Below are positions 62,566 to 64,000 of a DNA stretch of 64,000 nucleotides, piece after piece. The position numbers were made by a program, and so were the translations under genes. How positions within the stretch are numbered: position 1 is the stretch's first letter; each line of letters opens with the position of its first letter. The notes under the pieces are model-generated. The model saw nothing but the letters and a program-made list of their open reading frames with translations. It did not search any database and was not told the DNA's origin. Source of the stretch: Vermamoeba vermiformis (Eukaryota); contig JBEWZL010000044.1 of the NCBI GenBank assembly GCA_045837725.1, positions 1-64,000 on the forward strand. Direction: 5' to 3'.

Positions 62566-63104
62566 ACGCCAACTCCGCGATCGCAACGAAAATATGAAAC
62601 GAATACGAAATTTTAGCGTTTGCGAAGCGGATACGTGGAGTACGTTTGTTGTGCGACTTGTTTTGTAATAAATAGGCTATTTTACTTGACACTAGGGGAA
62701 TAAACTTTGGATGCCCACTTCGAACGGATTTCAAAATTTTCAGCAAAAAGGTGGAATTTAAGGTTAAACGTATAATAACGTATTATTATATTATCTGAGT
62801 ACGAGGTACTGCCAATCTTTGTTTCTCGTTCTTCATGAATGCGTTTAATGAAAAAGCGGAATTTAGCGCAACGCGAGAAACTCTACAAGTAAAACAAAAT
62901 TGCTTGCATAAGGCTTTATAACGAATCAATGAACGTTTCGCAACGAATGCTCCTGATTTTCCCTAAAAAGGAAATAATGTCCGCTCGATCTGGTGCACAT
63001 TACTTAACATCACAAAATTGTTTTGTTTTTAGGCTTTCTGCACGTCATTTTCACAAATTCAGAAGAGGAGTAAAACACAGATAATAGTTCATATAGTTCT
63101 GTGG

Positions 63105-64000
63105 ATGAGCCTTAGAGAAATGTCCCTCGACATCTTGCATTATTTACTGCGGTTTCTAAATCCGCGAGATCTGTGCAAGATAAATCAATGCTCGCATCTG
63201 TGGAGAAATCTAACGGATCAGGAAGTCATATGGAAGTCTCTTACTATTGATAGATGGGAAATACAATTGAAGCAAGATCCGACTGAAATGGAAATTAAAT
63301 TAAAACGCGAGCAACAGGATGCAGATCAATCCAATATTAAAATATGGAAGAATTTATACAAGAGCAAATACCTACAATACAAAAAATACGAAAAGCTGCT
63401 AGATCAAGTCAGTGCGAATTTATTCGAGCGGATTAGGACCTCGTATTCAGTAGAGATGGGCGAATACATATGGGAAAAATTAGACACTGTTAATAGCATA
63501 AGGTAATTTATGTTTAGACTTATTTAGAAGAGACTTCTTCAGTGAAAGCAGGATCCGCTTAAATTTAGCGGATTCGGAGATTTCTATATACTACACAAGT
63601 TTTAAACAATATTAAATCATAATAACGAATCACGTAAATTGCAAAAAAGCATGCGCTAGCGCATTTTTGTGGTTGACGGAAGCACGATCTTGATTACAAT
63701 TAGCTTTAAATGATTATAAACACAGTTTTAGTATTATAAGCACGCTAAACTTATATATACATGTATTCTTTTGCTCATATTTTTCGTTTAGATCCAAGCC
63801 GATTCACAATGGTTCGAATCAACAATCTGCAGACATGAAAGCCGATCCAAGCCCCGTAGAGATCTGGAAAGGCGTGCCTGCAAATGAATATTTTGCGCGT
63901 CAAACGTATACTCATTCTACGGTCTATTTAACCAAGATGCTTTTTGGTGTCCCGTATGCAGATGTGATCAAAATAATCGAACAAGTCGAAGAAAGACATC
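63105..64000 (+). CDS. F-box protein, 3'-partial
   Basis: LREMSLDILHYLLRFLNPRDLCKINQCSHLWRNLTDQEVIWK..WKNLY. A further exon starts near 63792 and runs off the window. Confidence 0.85.

Noticed and set aside
1-64000. Prokaryotic operons, CRISPR arrays, rRNA/tRNA genes
   Set aside because: Genes are split by spliceosomal introns. I saw no repeat-spacer array and no recognisable structural RNA, though a covariance-model search was not possible.

Overview
This is eukaryotic, not prokaryotic, DNA. It is AT-rich and gene-dense, with many short GT-AG introns (GTAAGT/GTACGT donors, CTAAC branch points), so the ORF track mostly shows exon fragments. The gene content fits a non-photosynthetic amoeboid protist, probably an amoebozoan (inference). 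All gene models were spliced by hand. Housekeeping genes: ADE2 (PurK-PurE), a DHHC palmitoyltransferase, cofilin, RCC1-repeat and ankyrin proteins, a CH-CH/coiled-coil/PH protein, CDC123, a TMTC O-mannosyltransferase, a head-to-head UROD/ALAS heme pair and an F-box gene. Accessory content: Crinkler-like effector genes and relics, a decaying BTB array hit by a Mutator-like transposon, and a MITE. The two main discoveries appear only after splicing, and each is a single-chain fusion of an obligate heterodimer. The first is an intron-containing H2B-H2A doublet histone (40035-41239), the architecture known from amoeba-infecting marseilleviruses. The second is a p22phox-NOX fusion (58179-62565), a one-polypeptide flavocytochrome b558. 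Also notable: a U12-type intron in CDC123, a MULE transposase with a C-terminal WYL-like domain, a tandem double-Rho protein with altered P-loops, CpG-depleted effector genes and a recurring intronic TGACACGTGTCA palindrome.
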